A stretch of 63,848 bases of DNA from Sphaerodactylus townsendi (GCF_021028975.2 NC_059434.1:75640001-75703848), one strand, 5' to 3'; shown: positions 36,885 to 48,993, counted from the first letter of the stretch. Numbers and translations: made by a program. The notes: generated from the letters alone by a model not told the origin.

Positions 36885-37787
36885 AAATGTTTTGTTTGGG
36901 ATTTTATGCGTGTGAAGGGCTCTTTTGCCTCCTTCCCCCCAGAACAGAGTCACGCCCTCTACCATCCTCAAGCTTGTGCCCAGGGCTGAGCAGCTGGACC
37001 TCATCTCTTGTGGTTTGTGCTGCTGCAGGAGTGTATTGAAGAGCTTGTTGCCTGTGGTCTGTTCCACAGAAGGTGCATACTGTAGTGTGACCAACTTCAT
37101 CTGCCACCCTCCCCGCATTCTGTTTTCTTTCCTTCCCTACCCTGCTCGGTCTCTGTGGGAAGAGTCTGGCAATTGGCATGATGCTCGCCACAGGGCTGGG
37201 TCCAGTTATGTAGCGGGGAGTCCCCAAGGATTTGCAAGAGGCATCTCACTTCCCCGTATCCCTCTCCTCCACACTCTAACCTCTTTCCCTCTTCCTGGTA
37301 ATCCTCATCATTTCCTGCTTCCTCCTCTCCTTCCTACCCCATCCATCAATCTACATTTTATCTGCCCCCCACCCCCTTCTTCAGCTAATATGGCTAATTC
37401 TCAACATGGCCAAATCTGTGGAGTCATAAATCCAGAGAATAAGGCCATGTACCTATTATATACCTGAAAAAGGCCCCAGGTTTGCAAAAAAAAATTTTCT
37501 GAACTCTTGACAAAGCGTTTCCTCTGGAGCCCTCAAGCGTTTGCTGCCATTTTGCTGTCTTTGTTTGTGCGCAGTGATGAGCAGCTGAACCTCATCAGCA
37601 AGAAGACAAAGCCCAGTCTTACAGTTCATGCTGCTTCCAAAGTGGGTTGAAAGGGGGGCAGGAGTCACATGTGATATAATAGTGTACTCCAGGGCTATGC
37701 TGGGAGTCTAGTGGGAGAGCCTTGGGGACCAGATTTCATCCCTGGGAATCCAGTTCCTTGTTTTCCTACATAAAGTCGTGATCCAGA

Positions 37788-38466
37788 GAGAGGGAATATG
37801 GTCATGCCATTATATAAAGCCGTGGTGCGACCGCACTTGGAGTACTGTGTTCAGTTCTGGTCGCCACATCTCAAAAAGGATATCAAAGAGATAGAAAAAG
37901 TGCAGAGAAGGGCAACGAGGATAATTGAGGGACTGGAGCACCTTCCCTATGAGGGGAGGCTGCAGCGTTGGGGACTCTTTAATTTGGAGAGGAGGCGGCT
38001 GAGGGGGGATATGATTGAAGTCTATAAAATTAAGCATGGGGTAGAAAATGTTGACAGAGAGAAATGTTTCTCTCTTTCGCGCAATACTAGAACCAGGGGG
38101 CATTCATTGAAAATGCTGGGGGGAAGAATTAGGACTAATAAAAGGAAACACTTCTTCACACAATTGGTGTTTGGAATATGCTGCCACAGGAGGTGATGAT
38201 GGCCACTAACCTGGATAGCTTTAAAAAGGACTTGGACAGATTTATGGAGGAGAAGTCGATCTGTGGCTACCAATCTTGATCCTCCTTGATCTGAGATTGC
38301 AAATGCCTTAGCAGACCAGGTGATCGGGAGCAGCAGCAGCAGAAGGCCATTGCTTTCACATTCTGCATGTGAGCTCCCAAAGGCACCTGGTGGGCCACTG
38401 CGAGTAGCAGAGTGCTGGACTAGATGGACTCTGGTCTGATCCAGCAGGCTAGTTCTTATGTTCTTA
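37788..38466 (+). mobile_element. Young CR1 LINE 3' portion
   Basis: ORF 'LYKAVVRPHLEYCVQFWSPHLKKDI.E.EKVQRRATR' (CR1 RT C-terminus); TTCTTATGTTCTT tail. Confidence 0.95.
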
Positions 38467-38816
38467 ATATGTTCACAGAAGCATGGTCCTCATGTATACA
38501 TCATATATCATGTATATATCCCTAGCTGAATGAGGATCTGTGTGCACAAACCAGCACTGCATATGTGGTTCTTCTTTTGTTCCAGCTGTTGGGAGCATAT
38601 TGTTTCTCTCTGTGGTTAGAAAACTGGTGATAGGGCGGAGAGTGATGGAGGGAGACACGGTTGGATCTAGTCCCTTCCCACTCCCCCAAAGCACCTGGTT
38701 CTTGTGATTCCTGTTCCTGTGTGCCGGTCCTGTTCCTGCTCTGGCAAGTTACACAGCTGGATTTGGAGCCGCGAGACCTTTAATTTACTGAGCTTTGCAT
38801 ATTTGTGTGTTGCCAG

Positions 38817-38914
38817 CAAGGAGATGCACCTAGAGACGATCAGAAGAAGATCAAGCTGGAGAAAGAAACCAAGGTGTCCTCGTCCTCAAGTCAAAAAGAC
38901 TCTGGTAAAAATAA
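38817..38914 (+). CDS. AFF1: AFF1 coding exon I (98 nt): QGDAPRDDQKKIKLEKETKVSSSSSQKDSGKN(K)
   Basis: TGCCAG acceptor and AA|GTAAGT donor. Matches human 'DNKKIRLEKEIKS..SSSHKESSKTK' (NLS region). Phases fit. Confidence 0.92.
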
Positions 38915-39689
38915 GTAAGTACAAGGCTGCCAGAATTTTTCAAAAGTTAAAAAACTGGAGCAAAGGAAAAGAGAAGCAGAGCTGAGTTCCCCATTTTGAA
39001 GACAACTTTTATTTATCATTTTGATCAAGAGTGGGAGGCAGGGTATATCACTGGGGCCTTGCTTCTTTCTACAGAATAGCTTTCCTGTTACTTAACCAAC
39101 TGAGGGCTTTTGTCACCGGTCCCCAAATGCTGGGTTGTTACAGTATGCATGTTATGTTAGTTCAGCAAATACGTGTCTCGTTTGCATTGAGGTATTTGTT
39201 GTTATTTGTTTGCATTGAGGTGTCCCCCCCCCCCTTATCTTTCTGAACCATAAGTAGGGTCTGCAGGCTAAGACATTTTCTGTGTGTGAAGTTAATATAC
39301 CTGAACTTTAATCCCTAAATGTATGCAACCTGATCCAGGTTAAATTTGTTTCATGTCAGGAAACAACCCTCTGTGCGTCTGAAAGGGGGGTATGTGTGCC
39401 CAACTTCCTGCTGCATGTGCAATATTCAGTCTACCCTCAGGATTGTGCATGCACAGCTTCTGGTTAGGTGTCCTAAATGAAACTGATTGGCTGTTTGGGA
39501 CAGGGAATGGGAATGGGGGTTGGATTCAGTCATTTCCCTTCCTTTCTTCCAGCTGGACGGTTGATTGGCTTCTGTTCAGAATGTCTGGACAGGGCTGGGT
39601 ACTTGAGTTTCTGGGTTTCTGAGCACCTACACGTGTTTGGATCATGGCCATAAGAAATACAGATGTTGATAATGGGCATGCTTGCAAGT

Positions 39690-40019
39690 GAAGAAGAAGA
39701 AGAAGAAGAGGAGGAGGATGAAGAGGAGGAGGAGGAGGAGGAGGAGTTTGGATTTATATCCCCCCTTTTCTCTCCTGTAAGGAGACTCAAGGGGGCTTAC
39801 AATCTCCTTGCCCTTCCCCCCTCACAACAAACACCCTGTGAGGTAGGTGGGGCTGAGAGAGCTCCGAGGAGCTGTGACTAGCCCAAGGTCACCCAGCTGG
39901 CGTGTGTGGGAGTGCACAGACTAATCTGAATTCCCCAGATAAGCCTCCACAGCTCAGGTGGCAGAGCTGGGAATCAAACCCGGTTCCTCCAGAATAGATA
40001 CACGAGCTCTTAACCTCCT
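39690..40019 (-). mobile_element. Young tRNA-derived CORE-type SINE with (GAA/GAG)n tail
   Basis: Near reverse complement of 40579-40857. Confidence 0.85.
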
Positions 40020-40578
40020 GTTTTTCTTTGCACGAATGAATCACGAATGAATGAAGAGCCTGTATTAGAATCTGCGGTTTGGAAAAGGGAAGCTCCGTTT
40101 GCATCTGTCGTTGGCTTTGGGCAGCTTCTACTGCTGGCATTTGGAAAAACGGAACTGCCCGTTGAATATTAAAGGTCTCGAAGTTCTGGATTCTGCTTCA
40201 CCCTCTGCTGGTCACACTGAGTACCATGCTGTTATGCTTTGACGGTCGGGAATTGGAAAAGTTCTTTTGTACTGGAAGCATTTATTGCTGTACTTGTGTG
40301 AAGCATCATTATGCAGTCCAGCAATATTCTGGCATTTTTCTGCGATCTTGTTGCTGGTCATCTCACATAGTCCTATAATGTTGGACTGCAGCCTTGAGGG
40401 TAATTTAAGCATTTCAGTTGCCATAAATGGTGGCTGTGTAGTAAAATCATAGAATCATGGAGTTGGAAGAGACCCCCAAGGGCCACCAAGTCCACCCCCC
40501 TGCAGTGCAGGAACACATAAAGCCCTCCTGACAGATGGCAAGGTCCCACCAACCTGGATACTTTCCTGATGTTGACTA

Positions 40579-40857
40579 GCAGTGGCGTAGGAGGTTAAGA
40601 GCTCGTGTATCTAAACTGGAGGAACCGGGTTTGATTCCCCGCTCTGCCGCCTGAGCTGTGGAGGCTTATCTGGGGAATTCAGATTAGCCTATACACTCCC
40701 ACACATGCCAGCTGGGCGACCTTGGGCTAGTCAAAGCTTCTCGGAGCTCTCTCAGCCCCACCTACCTCACAGGGTGTTTGTTGTGAGGGGGGAGGGGCAA
40801 GGAGATTGTAAGCCCCTTTGAGTCTCCTGCAGGAGAGAAAGGGGGGATATAAATCCG
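40579..40857 (+). mobile_element. Young tRNA-derived CORE-type SINE
   Basis: Head GCAGTGGCGTAGGAGGTTAAGAGC...GGTTTGATTCCCC and CORE-like GACCTTGGGCTAGTCA. Confidence 0.85.
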
Positions 40858-40959
40858 TGTCCATACCCTGGTGCAGAAGCCGCCAGTTAAATTTATGTTC
40901 AGTGCACAGGAAATAGACCTGAGTGTGCAGTGAGCCACCAATGCAGAAGGTCTGAACAT

Positions 40960-41378
40960 TGGGGTGCTGTATGGTTTCTGGGCTGTATGGCCGTGTTCTA
41001 GCAGCATTCTCTCCTGACGTTTCGCCTGCATCTGTGGCTGGCATCTTCAGAGGATCTGATGGTAGGAATGGAAAGCAAGTGGAGTATATATACTGTGAGG
41101 TCAAAAAGTGAGGCCATCTGAATAGAGTAGCCTGGCATGTGAGTCACAGAGAAGTCTGTAGCATGGGAGTAACAATGAAGATAGCAAGGTCAGTAGGTGA
41201 ATGGATCTGAATAGAAGTATCCTGGTCTTTGTTCCCTTTGGTTGCTATAGTCTAGAGTTGTCCTGTGTTTGTGTGGAGCTGATCAGTCACTGTCTTGATT
41301 CTAGAGTTTTTCAACACTGGCAGCCAAATTCTGTTCATTTTCATGGTTTCTTCCTGCCTGTTGAAATTGTCCATCTGA
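40960..41378 (-). mobile_element. Penelope-like element 3' fragment (ORF C-terminus plus terminal region)
   Basis: The minus translation 'MDNFNRQEETMKMNRIWLPVLKNSRIK' resembles the C-terminus of squamate Penelope ORFs. It is followed by the hammerhead-containing terminus. Confidence 0.75.
41012..41054 (-). ncRNA. Minimal type I hammerhead ribozyme (Penelope-associated), intact core, GUC site
   Basis: Minus strand reads UCCU-CUGAAGA-U-GCC(AGCCACAGAUGCA)GGC-GAAAC-GUC-AGGA: stem I UCCU/AGGA, stem II GCC/GGC, loop-less palindromic stem III. Confidence 0.75.
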
Positions 41379-42216
41379 ACATTGCTTCTTTTGAGCCTTT
41401 TGCTAAAACTCAAGGTGTTATTTTGCAAAAGTAGGCCAGAACTCCCAAAACCTACACACATTTTGTGTACCCAGTGAAGATTTGGACTTGTGGTTCTTGA
41501 AGTGCAGCTCCCCCTCCCACACCCCAATCCCAAGCCACATGTAGGCATCTGGAAAAGAATGTGCTGCCCATTCAGTAGAGGCTTAATGTGTAGAAATGGA
41601 CAACTGAAGCTTTTCACAGCATGGAAGCAAACCCCTTTCTCTATTAAAGAGGCCCCTCTTTTTTCTCCAGAGAGTTGGCAACCCTAGCCAGTGCTGCATG
41701 CTTGTGAAACTGATGGGAGCTTCAAAAATTGGTTAGCAATGTGATGTGGCTGGGCAGGAGCTTCTGTTGGAAGCAAGAAGAAGGAAAGCCCCACGGGGTG
41801 CACCTGAGCTTCCTGGACACACCTGAAGTAGTTCTTTGGATCCTAGCCACTGTGAAGAACAAACTGTTGTGCCTTCCAGCACCTAAAATAAATTCTCAAC
41901 CAGCTCATGCTTCATAAACTCCTGTAGCTCTATATTTCCTGTACAGAAAAACCCGAAGGAATAACCACCTGCGTACCTTTTTTTTCCTGGCTTCAACTTC
42001 TGCGTTATTATCGGCAGTGAATCACCAGAAAGTCCCTCATTTCCCTTATTGCCCTTGATGAAGCCTTTGCCACTTTGCTGTCTTGCATTTACAATCCCTC
42101 CCATTCAATAAATGGGGGCCGCTATCCTTCATGCTTGAATTCATGTTTTTCCCACCCTCAGATCTTTGTGTTCTACCGTCTGTCTTAACGTACTGATTGG
42201 ATTCTCCAATCTCTAG

Positions 42217-42457
42217 GGCTTCAAAGATGCCAGTAGAGACGCAGAGGAAAGAGTTGCCACTGCCACGGCGGTCTCCCACGCCGCTTGCCCAGAAGCCAGC
42301 CAAGACGGCCCAGAAAAGGCCAAAGAGCGAAAGCGGTGCCTCCCGCCAGCCTCCCGGATTCAGTCACAGCGCTGCCAAGAGCAAGGAAAGTAGCCACAAG
42401 GATTCCAAGCACAGGAAAATGGAAGGGAAGCCTTCTGAAACCTCAAAGAGCAGCAAA
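42217..42457 (+). CDS. AFF1: AFF1 coding exon J (241 nt): (K)ASKMPVETQRKELPLP...QKPAKTAQKRPK...SHKDSKHRKMEGKPSETSKSSK
   Basis: CTCTAG acceptor and AAA|GTAAGT donor. Matches human 'KKEMLPPPP..QKPAKPALKRSR..NHKDSS..RRVEGK'. Phases fit. Confidence 0.93.
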
Positions 42458-42765
42458 GTAAGTGGAAATGGCTGACTTGGTCATACAGCCCTCCTGGTAT
42501 TTGGCCTGGGGCTGCTCAAATAAAGAAACTAGATATGCCTACCTCAGGCCTGTAAAAAGTGTGGATTCAGGAGAGGCATGTTTTAATTCTGGGTGAAGGC
42601 TTAGATTTGAATCTGGTAGCACCTTAGAGACCAAGGTTTTCAGGGTATAAGCTTTCGGGGGTCAGAGCTCCTTTTGTCAGATATAGATCTTGTGGGTCTC
42701 TGAAGTGCGACTGAACTTGTGGTGGGTTTTCCGGGCTCTGTGGCCGTAGTCTGGTGGATCTCATT

Positions 42766-42806
42766 CCTAACGTTTCGCCTGCATCTGTGGCTGGCATCTT
42801 CAGAGG
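42766..42806 (-). ncRNA. Minimal type I hammerhead ribozyme, GUU site
   Basis: Reverse complement reads CCU-CUGAAGA-UGCCAGCCACAGAUGCAGGC-GAAAC-GUU-AGG. Confidence 0.7.
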
Positions 42807-42924
42807 TGTTCTACCCAAACACTCACTGATTGGTTCCCCATCCGGGGACATGACAGTATATACCCCACTAAAACATTCCCTTCTCACTGGACATAGTGTG
42901 TAACAGACTTCCCTCTGTGATACA

Positions 42925-42965
42925 CCTCTGAAGATGCCAGCCACAGATGCAGGCGAAACGTTAGG
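42925..42965 (+). ncRNA. Minimal type I hammerhead ribozyme, GUU site (sense to plus-strand AFF1 exons)
   Basis: CCT-CTGAAGA-TGCCAGCCACAGATGCAGGC-GAAAC-GTT-AGG. Confidence 0.7.
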
Positions 42966-44067
42966 AACAAGATCCACCAGACCACGGCCACACAGCCCGG
43001 AAAAACCACCAGAACCAGCATCCAAGATGGTTTCCACTAAGGATTACAATCAAAGCTCAGAAAGAAGACAGTTAGACCCAAACTTTTCCTCTTTGTGGGG
43101 TTCCTGAAGGTACTCGGGGAGTGGATATAGCTGCCTTGTGGAGTTAAAAGCTTCCGAACGCTTGCTTTTAATTGGGGAATACCATAAAAGAAAAGGCTGA
43201 AATCTAAAGTCGTAAGTCAAAAGCTGCTTCTAATGAAAAAAAAAATCTAGCCTTTTTTCTTACATCAATCCAAAGCATTCAAATGCCCACTTAAAATCCT
43301 TGTTCTGCCTGCATTTCCAGGAAAAATTATGCAAAGCTTTCAATTGTCCGTCCTTCCAGGGAAAGATCCATCAGTTGCAAAGTTCTGCCTTGTATTATTA
43401 ATAGCTTATCGAGAAGCTATTAATAAATATGCCAACAGAGGCAATTTCTCTGACTTCCTTTTTTGAATAAGCCCTTCGTAAGGTAATGGAAAATCAGCTG
43501 TGTCGCTCTTTGGGTAATGAGCGTGTGTATAGATCGAGTATGTGTCTTAGCAAGCCTTCCCAGTTAATACCAATTAAACGAGAGGGTCCAACTGCATATG
43601 GGATAAGAAACCCCCAAGACTTCTTTGTTGGGATATTTAAGAGCTGGACACGATCTGTTTTGTTTCATGATAAACTCAGCAAGGGCTGATTCCATTGTAC
43701 AGTTTCGTACAAATTCCTGCTTGACCGTAGTTAAGTGGAGGAATTATCCTGGGCACCCGAAGCACACGCATTGCCCATTATATGCAGCTGCTGTGATGGA
43801 AATGCAGTGGGTTTTGCAGCAAGCAAGCAAAGCTTTTATTGGCATAAACAGAACAAAAAATAACCACCACTACAAACAATAAGATTTTAAAAGCAAAGAG
43901 AGATCGCATCAGATAAATACAAATTGTCACTGACTCTGAATGATTTCCATAACAAAACTTGCAACCTCTTCCCAGAAAACAGAATCGGAGTTATTCAGCA
44001 GGAGAAATAATCTAATGGGTTTTGGAGCAGCTGAACAGAGATTTCTTCACATTACATTCAGTTAGTA

Positions 44068-44623
44068 CAGTGATGGCGAATCTTTTTGAGACGAAGTGCC
44101 CAAACGGCAACCCAAAACCCATTTATTTATCGCAAAGTGCTAACACGGCAATTTAATCTGAATACTGAGGTTTTAGTTTAGCAAAAATGGTTGGCTCCTA
44201 GGCGTGCGTTACTCAAGAGTAAGCTTAGTTTTAGTTGGTGGCTTTCCTTTGAAGCAACCATGCAACTCTTCGAATGGGTGAATCACAACCGTAGGAGGGT
44301 TTACTCAGAAGCAAGCCACATTGCCAGCAACCGAGCTTACTCCCAGGTAAAGAATTGTGCTTTAGTTCTTTGCATGAAAATCAGTGGGGTTTAATAGCGC
44401 TTAACAGGGTTACCTATACTGCTTCCCCAAAACTAGGTCTTAGGTTTAATGCTAATAATCGAGCCCAGCGGCCCAGGCCAGCCTAGATGTGTGTGTGTGG
44501 GGGGGGGTCAATTCCCCCCCCCACACACACACACACATACATGATGAACTCTGTTTGTGCGTGCCCACAGGGAGGGCTCTGAGTGCCACCTCTGGCACCC
44601 GTGCCATAGGTTCGCCATCACTG
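44068..44623. mobile_element. Non-autonomous hAT element (CAGTGATGGCGAACCT TIR family)
   Basis: TIRs and perfect 8-bp TSD AGTTAGTA. Ends are shared with 36363-36817. Confidence 0.9.
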
Positions 44624-47230
44624 AGTTAGTAGGTTGGGGAGGAGTATTGTCCAGTTTCAGAGGCTGGGCAGGGGGCAATTTCTCCCCATTAAAAAAACTT
44701 CCCTGTGTGTAGTAAACTAGCACATATTGGCTATATTCTCTGTAGCATTAGTTTTTTTCTGTGCTGGGAGTTTAGCATGCAGAGCAGTGGGTAGAAGTGA
44801 ACCAATTCATGTTCTGTTCAGATTAGCTGGCAACATTGCTTGGAACGGCGGCAGCCATATCTATCTGGTGTGTTTAATTGTCTAAATGCTCAGCAGCATA
44901 CATTGCTTGGACTCAGAAAATTAATATAGAGCTGAAGCGACAGGATTTTTTGGTTCTGGTTCGAGAGTCTCACGGTGTGTGATTGCCACAAGACCATATT
45001 CAAATGAAAGAATTGTTTCATGATACCTTTCACGTTCGAATCTATCAAGACCTCAATGTTTCGGTAGTCGCTTTTGCCATCTAATGCTACGCTTCTGCAG
45101 TTACGCATTTGGCCATGCTTTTGTTTTGCTTTGAAGATCCTAGGCTTGCTGTCGTGCGATTTTGTGCAACCTTCTCTGTAGATCGAGGAAGAAAGAAGCC
45201 ATTTATGCAAAGGGCCTCCTTATTAGTCATCTGGAAGTATCTGTAGGATTGCCCCCCAGGGTTTATGGTTATGCTGATATAATCTCTTGATAGATCTCTT
45301 CCTTGACATAATAAGGTCCATTGTATGCCACAGATGCCGAAGGACTGAACTTCATTAGGATGTGTTTACATTGACTGAGATTTAATAAGAGGCTCATTGC
45401 CGTGACAGCCATTTCACTTGGGTACTCTGGCAGCGTGGCAAAATGTCATTCCCACATGATTAGAGGTGAATCTAGGGCAGGGGTGTCCAACTCTGGCGCT
45501 TCAGATGTCCATGAACTACAATTCCCATCAGCCCCTGCTGGCATGGCAATTGGAACATTGTGAGCAAGACTGAGAACCAGAGCCACAGGTTACAAGATCT
45601 GAAATTGACAATAAAGAAACCTGTCCCTCTCTTCTGGTTCCATTTAAACATGACTCTGGATAAGGCAAAAGCACTTGCTATGGGACTTTTACCTGGTACT
45701 GGGCCTTGTTTAAATGCTTCCACAATGGCTGAACTAAGCTAATATCGCTGCTCGTTTTAAGCCAGGCATCATATGAGTATCTAAAACATCTACCAATCAT
45801 CAGACGAGAGTACTTAACTCGACCATACAGGTTACTGAGATAATGTTCTGGCTTTGAACATTTGGAAGAGCTCTATCAGTGCTAAAGTAGTCCTTGGTTT
45901 CCCCGAGCCAAGAATATGTTCTTTGAAGGCTTTTTCATTAACTGCGTTTCCAGTCTCTCACAAACTGGCTCTTGTTTTCTTAAGTGACATAACTGAAGAA
46001 CAGCTAATAGTGCTGTGTGTACTTTCAACAGGAGACACAACCCAAGAAAAACACTGCAGTGGTTATTAAGAGAGACCGCCACTTGTCAACAGGGCCGGAT
46101 CTAGTATTTTTGGAATGGCGCAAATTTGCAAAATGACGCACTCCATATATTATATACATGCTGTAGTTTTTCTTTATATATGCATACATAATCAACAACT
46201 ATTTTAAACGATAGAATAAATTGTATTGACCTCTGTGAACTCTTAATGAATAATTACACTTTTATATTTATTACACCTGTATAATGTTTGAATATTACCT
46301 CAACCCCTGTGCACATGTAAAAATCCGGTCCAAGGAGAAAGGATTTCAGCTGAGCCTTTTCCCAGACATTTTTTAAAAATACAACACATATAATTTTGAC
46401 CTGGGAAACACCGAACGCACCTCGCACCCCTTCACAACCTGATAAAGTCCAGCCAAAAAACCGCTTTATCTGGTAATTATGCTGCTCAAACCAAAAATGA
46501 CTAAACTGAAGCTACTGTGCTTTACTAGAAAAAGACTAATTGGAAACGACAATAACGCAAGGAAACTTCCCCCCAAGCTCCTAGCAGCAGCCTAATTGGG
46601 GATTGGGGCACCCATGCTGCAGAACCAGCCATCTCTGCTGGGCCTCCCCCACCTCCTAGCAGCAGCCTGATTGGGATAACAGGGCATGCAAGCTGTCCTT
46701 TCACGCCATCTCTTTCATGCAATTGAGCGTCCCCCTTCTCCTGCCACCGACTCCTCACTGCTTGCTGCCAAGGGCAGATGCCCCCCCCCCCCCCCCAGAT
46801 CCAGCACTGTTGTCAAATATTTGCTTGTTCTTGTATTGCGTGTAACTGAAGTTGCGGTACAAGCTGGGTTTTTAAATAGGAATGTTCTTGGGTTATAGAT
46901 ACTTCCAGTGTTCCCACTCTTATGTTCATGTGACTCAATTCTCTGTCCTGCAGAAACACTCCTTAAGCACAGAAAATAAGCATGTCTGGAAGAGAGGTTT
47001 TGCCCTGACAATGTACCCAGTGTCTGAAATATTGCAAAATCGTGGAAATACAAATCCACGTGCAAGGAATGTTTTTTTAAATGGCTCAGCAGTCAGTCTG
47101 TGAACAATTTGAAGCAACACAACACCCGGCAGTTATTTCCACTTATGGGAGATTCCAGAAAGTGTAACAGGATTCTATTGTTGCCTCCCCCACCCCACTT
47201 CTTCTGCAGACCAGAATGCTCCCTTAAAAT

Positions 47231-47435
47231 GGGGTGCTGTGTGGTTTCCGGGCTGTATGGCCGTGTCCCAGTAGCATTCTCTCCTGACGTTTCGCCTGCA
47301 TCTGTGGCTGGCATCAACATGGCTGGCATCAATGCAGGCGAAACGTCAGGAGAGAATGCTGCTAGAACATGGCCATACAGCCCGGAAACCACACAGCACC
47401 CCAGTGATTCTGGCCGTGAAAGCCTTCGACAATAC
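47231..47435. mobile_element. Penelope-like element end, near-perfect palindrome
   Basis: Inverted arms, terminal GGCCGTGAAAGCCTTCGACAATAC, flanking repeat CCTTAAAATG. Both hammerheads are truncated at the centre. Confidence 0.8.
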
Positions 47436-48006
47436 TACCTTAAAATGCTGCTTCTAAATGACCATATGTTTGAAGGGTCAGCAGTGGAAAGAAGGAATTG
47501 GTGAACAGCAGCCACTCTCTTCCGTTCGTGGAAATCTGGATCCAACCTATTAGATCTAATCACCTGACTTACAGTCCTGTTCTGCCTGCCGGCGGTTTTA
47601 TTTTGATTCGATATCTGTCACTTCCTCTTCTCAGTTCTTGGGAGCATTGTTTGTTCATCGGACAGCTGCCTGGATCCATCCCAGAGCTGTTCATGTTTCA
47701 GTGTCTTCACTTAAATGTACTTTCAGAGTGCAGCCGGATATTTAAAGGGGGGGGGAGTATTCTCCTTTACAAAGTCAGTTGAGCATCAGAATCAAAACAC
47801 ATGCAGAAAATGAAATTAATTTAAAGTGGTTTTTTTTAAAAAAAAGGCTCTCTTGGTGTGGCATACAGAGCTAAATCAGTTTTGCATTTCAGAAGTGGCC
47901 ATAGAAATATCAGATAAAGATTGCCTTGATTTCATGAGGAGTAGTGATGATTTAAAGAAGGATGACAAGGTCTTGAATCTGGTGAATATCCTTGCTTATT
48001 TTAGAG

Positions 48007-48101
48007 CATAGGTGTCAAACTCGCGGCCCTCCAGATGTTATGGACTACAGTTCCCATAATCCCCTGCCAGCATCATGCTGGCAGGGGATTATGGGAACTG
48101 T
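48007..48101. mobile_element. Palindromic hAT MITE, left part, truncated by gap
   Basis: TTTTAGAG, then CATAGGTGTCAAACTCGCGGCCC and the hairpin. 48037-48101 is identical to 20277-20341. Confidence 0.85.
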
Positions 48102-48199
48102 NNNNNNNNNNNNNNNNNNNNNNNNNNNNNNNNNNNNNNNNNNNNNNNNNNNNNNNNNNNNNNNNNNNNNNNNNNNNNNNNNNNNNNNNNNNNNNNNNN
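48102..48199. other. Assembly gap 3 (site of AFF1 strand switch)
   Basis: Run of N followed by a poly-C tract. Confidence 1.
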
Positions 48200-48399
48200 C
48201 CCCCCCCCCGCCCCCAGCAAGTCTGTTTACAAGAACACCACAGAGATGCCTAATTGGCAGCTGTCTCTGATCCTCAGATGAATGACAGCCTACTTGGATC
48301 ACCTAAAATCAGCTCGAGTACTATTATAAAGAGGCAGTGCTGAGCCACAATCTTTCAAAATGGGGGTGGGGTGGAGGGTGGAGACAGAACCAGAATGAA

Positions 48400-48993
48400 A
48401 ACTTGTGGTCATGAGCCCATATACATAATGAGAAGGCAGAATCTTGGTGCAAAGTTTTGGAGGCCATGCGCATGCCATGACACCGACACTGGGGCTCCAA
48501 TCCAGACTTACTCGTCTATCAAGTTCTACCTTCTCATCTACTTCGGCCAGACGAGGGATCCTTCATTTGTTCTCTTCCCGGATTTCCAAAATCAACTTGT
48601 CCTCTAATGTGGTGTAGGAAGACAACCGCAGTGGTTGGAAGAGAAGCTCCATCAGTCACAAGCTAATAGAACAGCCTCCCTGCAGAAATTCGCCAGGCGC
48701 CTACACTTTATGGATTTCGGCACCTGGTTAAAACCTTCCTCTTTACCCAGGGTCTTCAATGTGTGACCCCTGAGGGTCCCCCGCATCAATGCCAGCTGAA
48801 GGGGGGGATTTTAATGATGTTTTTATTGACTGTTTTTAAAGGATGTTTTAATAGTGTTTTTTAACATTTATGTTTTTTGTTTTTAGAATTTTATGTTTTA
48901 ACAGGGCTTTTAACCCCATTAAGTAAGTTGTCCTGGGACTCTGGTGTAGGGCGGGGTATAAATAGAATGAATAAACAAACAAACAAACAAACA
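48400..48993 (+). mobile_element. Degenerate L2-type LINE 3' end
   Basis: AACAGCCTCCCTGCAGAAATTCGCCAGGCGCC...TTAAAACCTTCCTCTTT ('NSLPAEIRQAP..KTFLF'), T-rich UTR and (AAAC)n tail. Confidence 0.6.

Larger units (their letters stand above)
42717..43018. mobile_element. Penelope-like element end, inverted arrangement, two hammerheads
   Basis: Inverted arms of about 90-100 bp around a Penelope 3'-UTR spacer shared with ~49480-49590. Confidence 0.8.

Noticed and set aside
40579-40650. tRNA genes
   Set aside because: The A/B-box-like heads belong to SINEs and do not form a full cloverleaf.
43321-43400. Candidate next AFF1 exon after the TTTCCAG acceptor-like site
   Set aside because: The translation does not resemble the expected GSSGD..NPFPVPSLP and reaches a stop.
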